Positions 17,273-26,757 of a stretch of DNA of 45,607 nt are shown in pieces (the stretch's first letter is position 1; each line of letters starts with the position of its first letter). Made by a program: the position numbers and the translations under genes. The notes under the pieces were generated by a model, which was not told where the DNA came from, made no database searches, and saw only the letters and a list, made by a program, of their open reading frames with translations. Location of the stretch: positions 1-45,607 of the forward strand of contig JBBIPG010000012.1 in the NCBI GenBank assembly GCA_037442925.1, read 5' to 3'. This DNA is from Candidatus Fraserbacteria bacterium (lineage in GTDB: Bacteria > Bipolaricaulota > Bipolaricaulia > RBG-16-55-9).

Positions 17273-18838
17273 TCAGTCACGCTTGCCCTTAGGAGCTTCC
17301 GGCTCTTCTTTGATGCCGATCTTGCCTAGGAGCACACTTAAATCGATCCCCAACGCTTGTGCAGTCTGCATCAGATTGAACATGGTCGTCGGCACGGTGT
17401 TGGCCAGTCGATGGAGAGGATTTGTCCCGTCGCCCGAGCCGCTATCCACCATGACGATCTTGTCGATGTTGCCTAGTGGCGCGGCCACGGCGCCCGCCAC
17501 CGGCGCGTACGACTTGATCACGTCAGGGAATTTCTCCAGCACCAACATCGTCTTCGCTGATTCGTCCAGTTTGGCAAACGCTTCAGCCTTCTTGAGTGCC
17601 CCTTCGGCTTCCGCCAGCAGTTTGGCCTTGATACCTTCTGCCTCCGCCAGGAGCTTCGCGCGAGTGCCTTCGGCTTCTGCCAGCAACTTGGCTTTGATTC
17701 CGTCTGCTTCTGCCAGGAGCTTGGCTCGCGTGGCGTCTGCTTCACCTATACCCTCTAGTGCCAAGCGTTGTTTCTCGGCATCGGCCACCGTGATGATCGC
17801 GGTCCGATGTCCTTCGGCCTCGAGGATCTCCCGCTGTTTGGCCCCTTCTGCTTGCAGGATGACTTGTTGCTTCTGGGCTTCTGCAGGCTTTACGACTTCG
17901 GCCAGCAGCTGTCGCTCGCGGCGCTGGGCTTCGGCCTCGGCGACTTCGGTCTGCTTCTTCGTGCGTATGAACTCCACTTGCACTTCTTGTTCCACGACCT
18001 CTTGGCGGGCTCGGGCTTCCGCGAGCGGTCCGGCCTGACGGGCTTTGGCTTGTTGCGCTTGGACTTCGGCCTCGAACTGAGCCTTGCGAACGTCGCGTTC
18101 TTTCTCAGCTTGCGCGATGAGTGCCAGGTTTTCATTTTCGCGTTCTTTGCCTTCCCGGATGGCCGTCGTAGACTGAATGGTGGCCTCGCGGGCTGCCAGG
18201 GATTCGCCGATCTGAGCGTCTCGCTTGACCTCCGCTGTTCGTTTCTTGCCCAACGCTTCAATATAGCCCTCGACGTCACTCACCTTCTGAATGGTGAGCA
18301 CGTCCACGCCCAGCCCGATCTTCGCTAAGTCTGCTGCAGCTTCCATGAGCACTTCTTGGTTGAATTTGGCTCGATCCCGCACGATCTCTTCCACCGTGAG
18401 TCGGCCGACGATAGAACGCAGGTGCCCCTCCAGGTTCTTGTAGGCGATCTGCTTGATCTCTTCGTGTGTGAGTCCCAGGAATCGCTCGGCGGCTGCCGCA
18501 AGGGATTCCAAATCGCTTCGAATCTTGACGTTGGCCACCGCTTGCACACTCACGAGCACCCCATCTTTATTGGGCACATCCCGCACATCGAGATCAATCG
18601 GGAAGATGGTCAGATCCAGATACGTCACGTTCTCGACGACCGGCCACTTGAGCGCGGCACCTCCGGTCACCAGCCGGAAGCCCACGACCCTGCCATCCGG
18701 CGTGCGATGTTTGCGCCCGTAGAAGACGGCCACTTTGTTGGGTGGCACCTTGACGTAATTGCGCACCGCCGTCATCACGACTACCACGGTCACCAATGCC
18801 GCCAGAAGCAACAAGAGTGGAAGTGTGAATGTCAACAT
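17273..18838 (-). CDS. floT: flotillin-like SPFH/band-7 protein (FloT/YqiK-like)
   Basis: N-terminal TM plus an SPFH domain. Long Ala/Glu-rich coiled coil with 15-aa repeats (AEAEGxxAKLL). The ATG at 18838 is preceded by AAGGGGGGG. The ORF-track start at 18865 is a TTG. Confidence 0.85.
   Translation of the reverse strand: MLTFTLPLLLLLAALVTVVVVMTAVRNYVKVPPNKVAVFYGRKHRTPDGRVVGFRLVTGGAALKWPVVENVTYLDLTIFPIDLDVRDVPNKDGVLVSVQAVANVKIRSDLESLAAAAERFLGLTHEEIKQIAYKNLEGHLRSIVGRLTVEEIVRDRAKFNQEVLMEAAADLAKIGLGVDVLTIQKVSDVEGYIEALGKKRTAEVKRDAQIGESLAAREATIQSTTAIREGKERENENLALIAQAEKERDVRKAQFEAEVQAQQAKARQAGPLAEARARQEVVEQEVQVEFIRTKKQTEVAEAEAQRRERQLLAEVVKPAEAQKQQVILQAEGAKQREILEAEGHRTAIITVADAEKQRLALEGIGEADATRAKLLAEADGIKAKLLAEAEGTRAKLLAEAEGIKAKLLAEAEGALKKAEAFAKLDESAKTMLVLEKFPDVIKSYAPVAGAVAAPLGNIDKIVMVDSGSGDGTNPLHRLANTVPTTMFNLMQTAQALGIDLSVLLGKIGIKEEPEAPKGKRD
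17560..17760 (-). repeat. about 45-nt in-frame tandem repeats inside the flotillin coding region
   Basis: Visible nucleotide periodicity (gccagcag/gccaggag ...cttggc... units). It encodes the reiterated LLAEAEGxKAK flotillin repeats. Confidence 0.6.
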
Positions 18839-18888
18839 ACATGTCCCCCCCTTTTTCGAGATCAACTCGTCTTCTCTCAGCCGACTTG

Positions 18889-19404
18889 CTAGCTGATCGG
18901 CTCGACGAGCACGACATCCCCTTGTAACTCCGTGATACGAACGATCGCGCCCTCTGTGATCGACTGACGATTCTTTGCCCGAGCCATGCGGCGTGTGACT
19001 TGAGACTTGACATTGCAGCTTACTTCACCCAGACCCTCGGCAGGAATGGCAACGGTAACGCGTGCTGTAAGGCCGATGAGATCCTGCGTCTCGATGAGCG
19101 AGCTGGCCTGTTGTGAGCGCACCATGTTCATGGCCAGTATATAAATCACGCTCATAGCCACACCCGCGAGCAGTCCCCAGATGGAGCTGGCCAAGGCCGG
19201 CTGTCGATAGACGCTGGCGATGGCCCCGACAGATCCGAAAGCCGTAAGAAACACGGCAATGGAGCGTATGCTGAAGAATCCCGTGTCACCTCCCTCCACT
19301 TCCGGTGCCGTGTCGATGTCGTCGGCAAAGAACGTCGAGACGATGAGCAAGACGACGCCGACCACTGCCAGCGACACAAAGATGACCAATGGTATGGTTA
19401 ACAT
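18889..19404 (-). CDS. nfeD: NfeD-like membrane protein (short form, YuaF/YqiJ-like)
   Basis: N-terminal TM helices plus a C-terminal OB-fold-like beta domain. It sits immediately upstream of the flotillin gene, the classic nfeD-flotillin pairing. Strong SD AAAGGAGGTG. Confidence 0.8.
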   Translation of the reverse strand: MLTIPLVIFVSLAVVGVVLLIVSTFFADDIDTAPEVEGGDTGFFSIRSIAVFLTAFGSVGAIASVYRQPALASSIWGLLAGVAMSVIYILAMNMVRSQQASSLIETQDLIGLTARVTVAIPAEGLGEVSCNVKSQVTRRMARAKNRQSITEGAIVRITELQGDVVLVEPIS

Positions 19405-19424
19405 CTACCACCTCCTTTCTACTG

Positions 19425-20525
19425 CTACTCTTCGTGTAGCAGGCACGCAGATTCGGGGTCCCAGCGAACAAGAACTTCTTCATCTATGGCAATCCGAGTA
19501 GCCATGGATCGGCCGTGGGCATACACCTTCACGTGCTCTATCCCATTGAGGAGGACCTCAAACTCCAGCGCCTCCCCCAGATACGAGCGGTTCAGGACTT
19601 TTCCAACGAAACAGTTCTGCCGGGGAGGATCTTGGTTCTTGGGGTAGATCTCAATGGCTTCGGGGCGTAGAGCCAAGAGCTGAGGACCGTTGGCGCAGAG
19701 CGGCTCCTGCGGGTTGGGGACGTGAATGACTAGCCCGCTCTTGGTCTTAAGATAGTGCCGGCCCCGCTTCTCGATGAGCTCGCCGGAGAAGAGATTCAAT
19801 GCGCCCATGAAGTCGGCTACGAAGGCCGTCCGAGGCCGCTCGAAGATCTCCTGAGGCGCCCCCACCTGGACCAGCTTTCCGTCTTTCATGATCGCCATGC
19901 GATCCGACATGCTGATGGCCTCTTTCTGGTCATGGGTGACGTAGATGAACGTGATGCCGACTTCCCGCTGGATTCTTCTCAGTTCGATCTGCATCTCTTT
20001 GCGGAGCTTTCTATCCAAGGCCGACAAGGGCTCATCTAAGAGCAAGACGGCAGGCTCGAGCACCAAGGAGCGTGCGAGCGCCACCCGCTGCTGCTGCCCT
20101 CCGGAGAGTTGATCGGGATAGCGATTCTCCAAGCCCGGCAGGTGGACCAATTCCAGAATCTTCGCCACTTTGTCTCGAATGACCCGTGGAGATTGACGTT
20201 GGATCTTGAGCCCGAAAGCCAGGTTTTCTGCGACGGTCAAGTGAGGAAAGAGCGCAAGACGCTGGAAGACCGTACTGACGTCGCGCTCATACGGCGGCAG
20301 GTCATTGACGCGCTCACCGTTGATATAGATATTGCCCGAGTCAGGCGTCTCCAAGCCGCCGATCATGCGTAGCGTCGTCGTCTTCCCGCAGCCGCTGGGC
20401 CCAAGAAACGAGAAGAACTCACCCTTCCTGATCGACAGACTCACACGGTCGACGGCCGCGGCACCTCCAAATCGCTTCGTCACATCGATCAGTTGGACGC
20501 TGGGCACCTCTTGCGGTGCGTTCAT
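19425..20525 (-). CDS. potA: ABC importer ATP-binding protein, PotA-like with C-terminal TOBE domain
   Basis: Walker A (GPSGCGKTT), signature (LSGGQQQRVALAR) and Walker B (LLLDEPLSALD). SD GGAGGAGG. Confidence 0.9.
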   Translation of the reverse strand: MNAPQEVPSVQLIDVTKRFGGAAAVDRVSLSIRKGEFFSFLGPSGCGKTTTLRMIGGLETPDSGNIYINGERVNDLPPYERDVSTVFQRLALFPHLTVAENLAFGLKIQRQSPRVIRDKVAKILELVHLPGLENRYPDQLSGGQQQRVALARSLVLEPAVLLLDEPLSALDRKLRKEMQIELRRIQREVGITFIYVTHDQKEAISMSDRMAIMKDGKLVQVGAPQEIFERPRTAFVADFMGALNLFSGELIEKRGRHYLKTKSGLVIHVPNPQEPLCANGPQLLALRPEAIEIYPKNQDPPRQNCFVGKVLNRSYLGEALEFEVLLNGIEHVKVYAHGRSMATRIAIDEEVLVRWDPESACLLHEE

Positions 20526-21406
20526 GACTGTGACCTCCTCCTGCCTGGCAAAGAGAAACGCCGGGCACGCAGGAGCAACACGGCCAAAAGCGGCATGAGC
20601 AGCGTGGCCACGGTCATGAGCGTCCCCAAAGCGTTGATCATCCCCATCCCGCCGCTCTTCCTTCCCAAGATCAGATTATACGTCAAGACCGGCAGAGGCG
20701 CGTTGCCCGGGCTGGTCACAAAATACGTGATGACGAAATCGTTGAAGGACCAGGGAAACGCCAGAAACGCGGCCGCCATGATGCCAGGGAACAGAAGGGG
20801 TAGCGTGACTCGGCGTAGCGTCGTCAGCTCGTCGGCTCCTAGGTCCATGGCGGCCTCTTCCAGCGTCCAGTCGATCCGCTGCATGCGCGCCAGCACGACC
20901 AGAACAACTAACGGGATGGTGAAGGCGACGTGAGCCAGGATCATGGTGAGAATCCCCCGCGGGATCTTCAAGAAGATGAAGAAGACCAGTAACGAGATCC
21001 CCAGCACGACTTCGGGGATGTACATGGGTAAGTAGAGCACGCTCTCGAAGAGGCGTTTGCCCCAAAAGCGCCAACGGTAAAGGGCATAGGCCGTAAGTGT
21101 GCCAATGACCGTCGAGATGAGCACAGCCACTCCGGTCACGATCAGGCTGATCTTAAGAGATTTCCAGAGCGGCTCGTAACTTAGGAGCTCCTCATACCAG
21201 CGTAGCGAGAAGCCCTCCCACCAAGCGAGGTTCCCTTGGGCATTGAACGAGAAGAGCATCAGGATGAGTAGAGGTGCATAGATGAACAGATAGATGAGAC
21301 CGAGAAGTCCGGGAGGCGAGACGCGTCCCAGACCCCGTAGGAGCGTTGACAATCCTTGCTCGCTGCTGCGACGTCTTGCCGTGGCCGTTGGCACCGTTGT
21401 GTTCAT
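20522..21406 (-). CDS. potC: ABC importer permease (PotC-like)
   Basis: Six-TM permease with an EAA-like loop (EEAAMDLGA). ATGA overlap with the upstream gene. Confidence 0.85.
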   Translation of the reverse strand: MNTTVPTATARRRSSEQGLSTLLRGLGRVSPPGLLGLIYLFIYAPLLILMLFSFNAQGNLAWWEGFSLRWYEELLSYEPLWKSLKISLIVTGVAVLISTVIGTLTAYALYRWRFWGKRLFESVLYLPMYIPEVVLGISLLVFFIFLKIPRGILTMILAHVAFTIPLVVLVVLARMQRIDWTLEEAAMDLGADELTTLRRVTLPLLFPGIMAAAFLAFPWSFNDFVITYFVTSPGNAPLPVLTYNLILGRKSGGMGMINALGTLMTVATLLMPLLAVLLLRARRFSLPGRRRSQS

Positions 21407-22383
21407 ATGTGCCTCTCAAATACCTGCTCGCTCCGACTGATCTTAAAGTACACCCAGAGCAGAATCATGACGAGCACGATGAGGCCGATGGACAACGCGG
21501 AACCGTAGGCCCAGTCCTGATCCCGCAAGAACTTATTGGCCACGATGTTGCCGATCATGTTGACGTTGTTGCCACCCATGAGATTGGGGATCAAGTACTC
21601 ACCCACGGAGGGCACGAAGACGAGCACGGAGCCACTCAGAATGCCGCCGCGAGTGAGCGGGATGGTGACGCGCCAGAGGCGTTGCCAGGGTTTGGCTCCC
21701 AAGTCGAAGGCGGCTTCGAGGAGGGAGCGATCCAAGCGCTCGAGGGCCGCATAGAGTGGGATGACCGCGAAGGGCAAGTACGTATAGACCATGCCAATGA
21801 GCACTCCCGTGGTGTTGTAGAGAAATTGGATCGGACGGTTCTCGTCGATGATGCCTGCTTGAATGAGCACTTGATTGATGAAGCCCGATGGATCGCGCAA
21901 GAGGAACATCCAGGCGAAGATGCGTACGAGATAGCTCGTCCAGAAAGGCAGGATGAAAAGACCAATCCAGAGATTCTTGTATTTGCCGCCATAGAGAGCG
22001 ATCCAGTAGGCCACGGGATAGCCCAGGAGCAGGCAGATGGCCGTGGTGGAGAAGGCGAGGAGAAGCGAACGGGAAAAGGCGTTCAAGTATGCCCAGTTGG
22101 GTTGGAGTTCGCCGGTTCGCAGGTTCTCGACGGCGAATACATCTTGATAGTTCTCCAGAGTGGGAGTGGGCAGCAGTACGCCATGGGGTCCACGAGTGAG
22201 AAAGCTGTAGTACAGCACGATGAGCATGGGGGCGACGACGAAGAGACCGAGCCAGAAGATGACCGGGCTGAGTGTCACGCCGGTCTTCACGCCCGGATGT
22301 TTCCAGAGCAGACTCAGCAGGCTACGCCGGAAGACATTCATAAAGCGTCGTGACAGCAAAGAGGGAACGGGCGCCTCAGGCAC
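21403..22383 (-). CDS. potB: ABC importer permease (PotB-like)
   Basis: Six-TM permease with an EAA loop (LEAAFDLGAKPWQ). Overlaps neighbouring genes. Confidence 0.85.
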   Translation of the reverse strand: MPEAPVPSLLSRRFMNVFRRSLLSLLWKHPGVKTGVTLSPVIFWLGLFVVAPMLIVLYYSFLTRGPHGVLLPTPTLENYQDVFAVENLRTGELQPNWAYLNAFSRSLLLAFSTTAICLLLGYPVAYWIALYGGKYKNLWIGLFILPFWTSYLVRIFAWMFLLRDPSGFINQVLIQAGIIDENRPIQFLYNTTGVLIGMVYTYLPFAVIPLYAALERLDRSLLEAAFDLGAKPWQRLWRVTIPLTRGGILSGSVLVFVPSVGEYLIPNLMGGNNVNMIGNIVANKFLRDQDWAYGSALSIGLIVLVMILLWVYFKISRSEQVFERHI

Positions 22384-22409
22384 CCGCTCCCTCGAAGTTT
22401 GTAGGCGAA

Positions 22410-23624
22410 TTAGCCGCTAAGCAGGTCATCGGCGATGCGTTGGCGTAGCTCGAGAGCCTCACCCGCGGGTAGCTCGAACAGTTCGAAGTTCACGAGATCC
22501 TCATCGCTGGGGTAGATGATGGAGCTGTTCCGTTGATCTTCCGGGATCAAGGGGAGAGAGGCCCCGTTTGGGGTAGCGAACGCCACCCAGGTGGCGATGC
22601 CGGCGTGGACCCGAGCACGCAGGATGTAGTTCATCCAGAGATGAGCCGTGGCCGGGCGCCTCGATTCTGTGAGTACGGACATGGTGTCTACCCAGACGTC
22701 CGAGCCCTCTTTGGGGAAGATGAACTGGACGGCGGGGTTTTCCTGTTGCGCCGCGAGCGTATCGCCTGTCCAGAGCTGAGCGACCCAGACGTCTTCTGTC
22801 GCCAGCTGCTCGCGTACCGGCCCGGAGATGTAGGCGCGAAGCAGAGGCTTCTGCTCACGCAGCAGATCGCCCGCTTGGAGCAGAGCCTCACGGTCTGTCG
22901 TGTTCAGAGAATGCCCCCCGAGCTTAAGAGCGGCGTTAATCCCATCGATGAGGACGCTCTCGAGCATCGTCATCTTGCCACTATACTCTTGCCCTTTGAA
23001 AAGAAGTTCCCAACTGCCGAGACGTGTGTCGCTGCCCACTTTGCTCTGGTTGTAGGCGTATCCCGTCACACCCCACATGTAGGGCACAACATAGTCGGGA
23101 TTGGGACCGAAGGGAGGTCCTTGGAAGCGCGGGAGGAGATTGCCCAGATTCGTCAGCCACTCCCTCTTGAGAGGCTGAATAAGTTCGAGCCCTACGACCT
23201 GGGGCACATAGTAGTTGGTGACTACTACAACGTCATATCCGCTGCCTCCGGGCCGCACCTTGGCGAGCATCTCTTCTTGGCTCTCAAAGGTGTCGTAGGT
23301 GACTTCGATACCGAACTCCTCTTGGAACTTCTCGATGGTGGGCGTGACATCGGTGAGATCCACCCCGAATTCGTCTTGCGTGACGGGGTCCTCTGCAATG
23401 TAGAAGGACCAGTTGAAGACGTTGAGCTTGCGATCCTCTTTGGCTACGGCCTCCAAGAGGTCCTGAGGCATATCCGTGGCCTGCCCAAAGACGGTAGAAA
23501 CCCTTGACCCTAAGCTACCGATCAGATACAAGGACAACCCCGTTGCACCCGCCCGCTTGAGAAACTCCCGCCGGTTGAGGCGGCTGGATGTGCCGACGAC
23601 ACGACCGCTACGAGTTTTTTTCAT
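22410..23624 (-). CDS. potD: extracellular solute-binding protein, PotD/PotF family, Tat signal
   Basis: RREFLKRAGATGLSLYL twin-arginine signal. Family-1 SBP architecture. SD AAGGGAGGT. First gene of the four-gene importer operon. Confidence 0.8.
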   Translation of the reverse strand: MKKTRSGRVVGTSSRLNRREFLKRAGATGLSLYLIGSLGSRVSTVFGQATDMPQDLLEAVAKEDRKLNVFNWSFYIAEDPVTQDEFGVDLTDVTPTIEKFQEEFGIEVTYDTFESQEEMLAKVRPGGSGYDVVVVTNYYVPQVVGLELIQPLKREWLTNLGNLLPRFQGPPFGPNPDYVVPYMWGVTGYAYNQSKVGSDTRLGSWELLFKGQEYSGKMTMLESVLIDGINAALKLGGHSLNTTDREALLQAGDLLREQKPLLRAYISGPVREQLATEDVWVAQLWTGDTLAAQQENPAVQFIFPKEGSDVWVDTMSVLTESRRPATAHLWMNYILRARVHAGIATWVAFATPNGASLPLIPEDQRNSSIIYPSDEDLVNFELFELPAGEALELRQRIADDLLSG

Positions 23625-23710
23625 GAGACCTCCCTTTTGGAGAGGCCTGAGCCTCTCGTCACTGGTGATGGCGAATTATACTCTTGTAAAATAAAGAGGT
23701 CAATAGCCAC

Positions 23711-23739
23711 TTGACAACGAGTTACCCCTATGGTAGAGT
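23711..23739 (+). promoter_or_regulatory. candidate sigma70 promoter (TTGACA - 17 nt - TGgTAGAGT) for the aminotransferase operon
   Basis: Perfect -35 TTGACA at 23711-23716, a 17-nt spacer, then an extended -10 TGGTAGAGT. This predicts a roughly 335-nt 5' leader before the ATG at 24082. Confidence 0.45.
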
Positions 23740-24081
23740 GTGAGAGTCAGGGGGTTGTATGCACTCCATACAAAGGTCGATCAGAACGGAACGAAAGTTG
23801 CCCATATCCGTTCTTTGTTCGGCCTATCTTTGAGCTAACCCAACAGCCCACACTATCCTATCGCCCTATGCCCATAGAACGTGTTCCCGCCACCGTTGCA
23901 GGGGGGAGGTGGTAGCGATCGAACTCACCGATTCGTCCGTTTTGGAAGAGCCGCCGCCCCGTAGGGATCAGCGCTACCCCCTGCCTAGGATTCGTTGAGC
24001 CCTACGGCGGAGCGTAGATCGTTCCGACTGAACATCTGAAGGCGTATTGCAAGAGATGCTTCTCTTAGAGGAGGGAGTGTT

Positions 24082-25515
24082 ATGAAGCTCTGGGATGATA
24101 TTCAAGTGCGATATAAAGAAAGAACTCGAAAGTCAGCGGAGATGTACAAGCGCGCCAAACAAGTCATTCCCTACGGGGTCGGCAGCAACATTCGGGTGAT
24201 GGACCCCCATCCCTTCTTCGTGGCGGAGGCTCGAGGCTCACGAATCTGGGATGTCGATGGGAACGAGTATATCGACTTCGGTTTGGGTTTCGGGGCTTTG
24301 ATGGTCGGACATGCCCATCCGAAGATCGTAGAAGCCATCGGCGATCAGGTGCGTAAAGGCACCATGTATACGCTGCCTCATGCCTTGGAGGCAGAGCTGG
24401 CCGAAGAGGTCCAGCGGCGCTTTCCTGTGATGGAACTGATACGCTTTACGAACACGGGTCTAGAAGCAACCATGCATCCCTTGCGCGTGGCTCGTGCGTA
24501 CACGGGCAAGGACAAGATCGTCAAGATCGAAGGGGCCTACCACGGAGCGCACGATGACGTTCTGATCAGCGTGAAGCCGGAGCTCGTCAGCAAAGCGGGC
24601 CATCCACGCTTTCCCGCGCCGGTGCCAGCCTCAGAAGGCATTCCCAAGAACACCCTTGACAATGTGATTGTTGCGCCCTTCAACGATCTCGAAGCCATGC
24701 GGGAGATCTTGGAAGAGAACTTCAATGAAGTGGCCGCCGTGCTCGTAGAGCCCGTTCTGCTCAACTGCCGGATGATCTTGCCGGATGAGGGCTATCTGCA
24801 GGGCCTGAGGGAACTCACCCGCGAATACAACATCCTCTTGATCTTTGACGAAGTCAAGACGGGCTTCAAGATCGCGCCCGGCGGAGCCTGCGAGTATTTC
24901 AACATCGAGCCGGATCTGGTCTGTCTGGCCAAGGCCATCGGTGGAGGACTCTCACTAGGAGCCTTCGGTGGACGGCGTGAAGTGATGGAGCAAGTCGCTC
25001 CCGGCAAGGTCTCTCATGCCGGCACGTACAACACGAACCCGCTCGTGATGCGAGCCGGTGTCGTCACCCTCAAAGAGATTCTCACGGCAGAAGCCTATGA
25101 GTACACCTTCCATCTCAATCGCATGCTGGTGGAAGGCTATGAGAAGCTGATTGCAGACACGGGACTCAAAGCGTATCTGCGTTCGATTGGACCCATGGGT
25201 GCGATCTTCTTCTCTGAAAAGCCCATTCGCAACTGGCGTGAGTTTGCGCGCTACGACAACCGCGAGCTTTGGATCAACTACTGGTTCTCGATGGTAAATG
25301 AGGGAATCATCCCACACCCTTGGGGCTTTGATGAGCAGTGGACGATCTCCGTACAACACACGAAGGAAGACGTCGAGGCCCACTTGAGCGCGTTTGCCAA
25401 GGTGGCTCCCATGCTCGCCGAGCGCGCCAGGAAACTAGAATCCGAGAGGAAAGACCAACGACGCAAGACAAAGATAGCTACCGCCAAAGAGAAGGAACAA
25501 GTCACAGTCAAGTAG
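24082..25515 (+). CDS. class-III (PLP fold type I) aminotransferase, glutamate-1-semialdehyde-aminomutase-like subgroup
   Basis: N-terminal similarity to HemL-like enzymes (AKQVIPYGVGSNIRV...IWDVDGNEYIDF...GHAHPKIVEAI). A Schiff-base lysine region is present. SD GGAGGGAG. Confidence 0.8.
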   Translation: MKLWDDIQVRYKERTRKSAEMYKRAKQVIPYGVGSNIRVMDPHPFFVAEARGSRIWDVDGNEYIDFGLGFGALMVGHAHPKIVEAIGDQVRKGTMYTLPHALEAELAEEVQRRFPVMELIRFTNTGLEATMHPLRVARAYTGKDKIVKIEGAYHGAHDDVLISVKPELVSKAGHPRFPAPVPASEGIPKNTLDNVIVAPFNDLEAMREILEENFNEVAAVLVEPVLLNCRMILPDEGYLQGLRELTREYNILLIFDEVKTGFKIAPGGACEYFNIEPDLVCLAKAIGGGLSLGAFGGRREVMEQVAPGKVSHAGTYNTNPLVMRAGVVTLKEILTAEAYEYTFHLNRMLVEGYEKLIADTGLKAYLRSIGPMGAIFFSEKPIRNWREFARYDNRELWINYWFSMVNEGIIPHPWGFDEQWTISVQHTKEDVEAHLSAFAKVAPMLAERARKLESERKDQRRKTKIATAKEKEQVTVK

Positions 25516-25527
25516 GGGAGCGGTTCG

Positions 25528-26721
25528 ATGAAGTCCGCAGCAGAAGGTCGATTTGTGGTCTTAGGGGTGGGGGCGATGGGACCTGTGGTCGTGCAAGACT
25601 TGGCCCAAAGCCCCCACGTTCACCGCGTCACCGTTGCCGATCGTGACAAGACCAGAGTTCAATCCCTAACCCACAAGCTCGGCCGCAAGCAGGTCGTCCC
25701 CCGCGTCATAGATGTCGATGATCGCTCAGATGTAGTGAAACTACTTCGCGGTCATGACGCGGTCATTAACTGCACTCCCTACGTGAAAAACGTTCCTGTC
25801 ATGGAAGCGGCTCTTCGGGCAGGTGTGCACTATCTCGATTTAGGGGGACTCTATCACGAGACGCGGCGACAGCTCAAACTGCATGCGGCTTTCAAGAAGG
25901 CCAATCTGCTGGCGGTCGTCGGCATGGGTGGGTCTCCTGGGATCACGAACGTGATGGCCCGCTATGCGGCAGAGCGCTTGAATCGTGTGAATGAGATCAA
26001 GATCCGGGTGGCGAGCGTACTGGAGGGTGAGCCCAAGAATCCCTTGGCGGTACCTTACTCGCTGGCTACGATTCTCGATGAGTTCACGAAACGGCCTGTG
26101 GTCTTCACAGAAGGCAAGCTTAACGAAGTCCAGCCGCTCTCGGGGCGAGAGGTGATGAGCTTTCCTGAACCTGTGGGTAGGGTGGAGGCGTACTATACCC
26201 TGCACTCGGAGCTGGCGAGTTTGCCTGGCTCATATAGGCAGAAGGGTGTTCGTGAGGTGAGCTTCAAAGTGGCGTTCCCTGCTATCTTCTTCGAATGCCT
26301 GCACTTACTGATTGATCTTGGCTTTGCGGAAGCCAAGCCTATCGAGGTAAACGGCGCGCGCGTTGTACCTCGTGATTTTCTCGGTCAACTGACATCCCCG
26401 TTGCTGCGGGAGGAGAAGCCGCCAGCGAGTTATGGAGTCCTGCGAGTCGAAGCGCAGGGGAAGAAGGGTGGCCAGCCCATGCGATACACCCTCGATCTCT
26501 TCCGGGCGCCACGATCTGAGTATCCCGGCGCAAGCCCGACGGCCATTACGACGGGTCTTCCACCATCGATCGTGGGTCAGATGATCGTGTCGGGTGAGAT
26601 CCAAGAGCGTGGTGTGCTTCCGCCGGAAGGGTGTGTCAAGCCGGAGCCGTTCTTTGCAGAACTGGCTAGACGAGGACTGAATATCACCGTGCGCCTAGAA
26701 GGACCGATGGAGGTGGGTTGA
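25528..26721 (+). CDS. saccharopine-dehydrogenase-family NAD(P)-binding oxidoreductase (lysine 6-dehydrogenase / carboxy(nor)spermidine dehydrogenase-like)
   Basis: VVLGVGAMGPVV...VTVADRD Rossmann start. HYLDLGG and GGSPGITN motifs of the saccharopine dehydrogenase family. Confidence 0.7.
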   Translation: MKSAAEGRFVVLGVGAMGPVVVQDLAQSPHVHRVTVADRDKTRVQSLTHKLGRKQVVPRVIDVDDRSDVVKLLRGHDAVINCTPYVKNVPVMEAALRAGVHYLDLGGLYHETRRQLKLHAAFKKANLLAVVGMGGSPGITNVMARYAAERLNRVNEIKIRVASVLEGEPKNPLAVPYSLATILDEFTKRPVVFTEGKLNEVQPLSGREVMSFPEPVGRVEAYYTLHSELASLPGSYRQKGVREVSFKVAFPAIFFECLHLLIDLGFAEAKPIEVNGARVVPRDFLGQLTSPLLREEKPPASYGVLRVEAQGKKGGQPMRYTLDLFRAPRSEYPGASPTAITTGLPPSIVGQMIVSGEIQERGVLPPEGCVKPEPFFAELARRGLNITVRLEGPMEVG

Positions 26722-26757
26722 TGGCTCGAGTTCATTACAGGAGGGGGAGCTGAACCG

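Noticed and set aside
17235-18038. Long antisense ORFs overlapping strong genes. Examples: 17235-18038 and 17768-18328 across flotillin, 21346-22353 across potB, 36469-37203 across proS, 1575-2093 across the ligase, and 6837-7211 across the amidase
   Set aside because: These are artefacts of the GC-rich, repeat-rich sequence. The sense-strand genes have clear family signatures and the antisense frames have no SD and no homology.
23730-23915. A 61-aa ORF in the long leader upstream of the aminotransferase
   Set aside because: It has no SD, and the region is full of perfect hairpins. It is better explained as structured non-coding RNA.
23880-24000. tRNA-like fragments (GGTGAGTTCGATCGCTACCACC on the minus strand resembles a T-arm and acceptor end)
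   Set aside because: The T-stem halves are not complementary, and no D-arm or anticodon arm can be built. It is not a tRNA.
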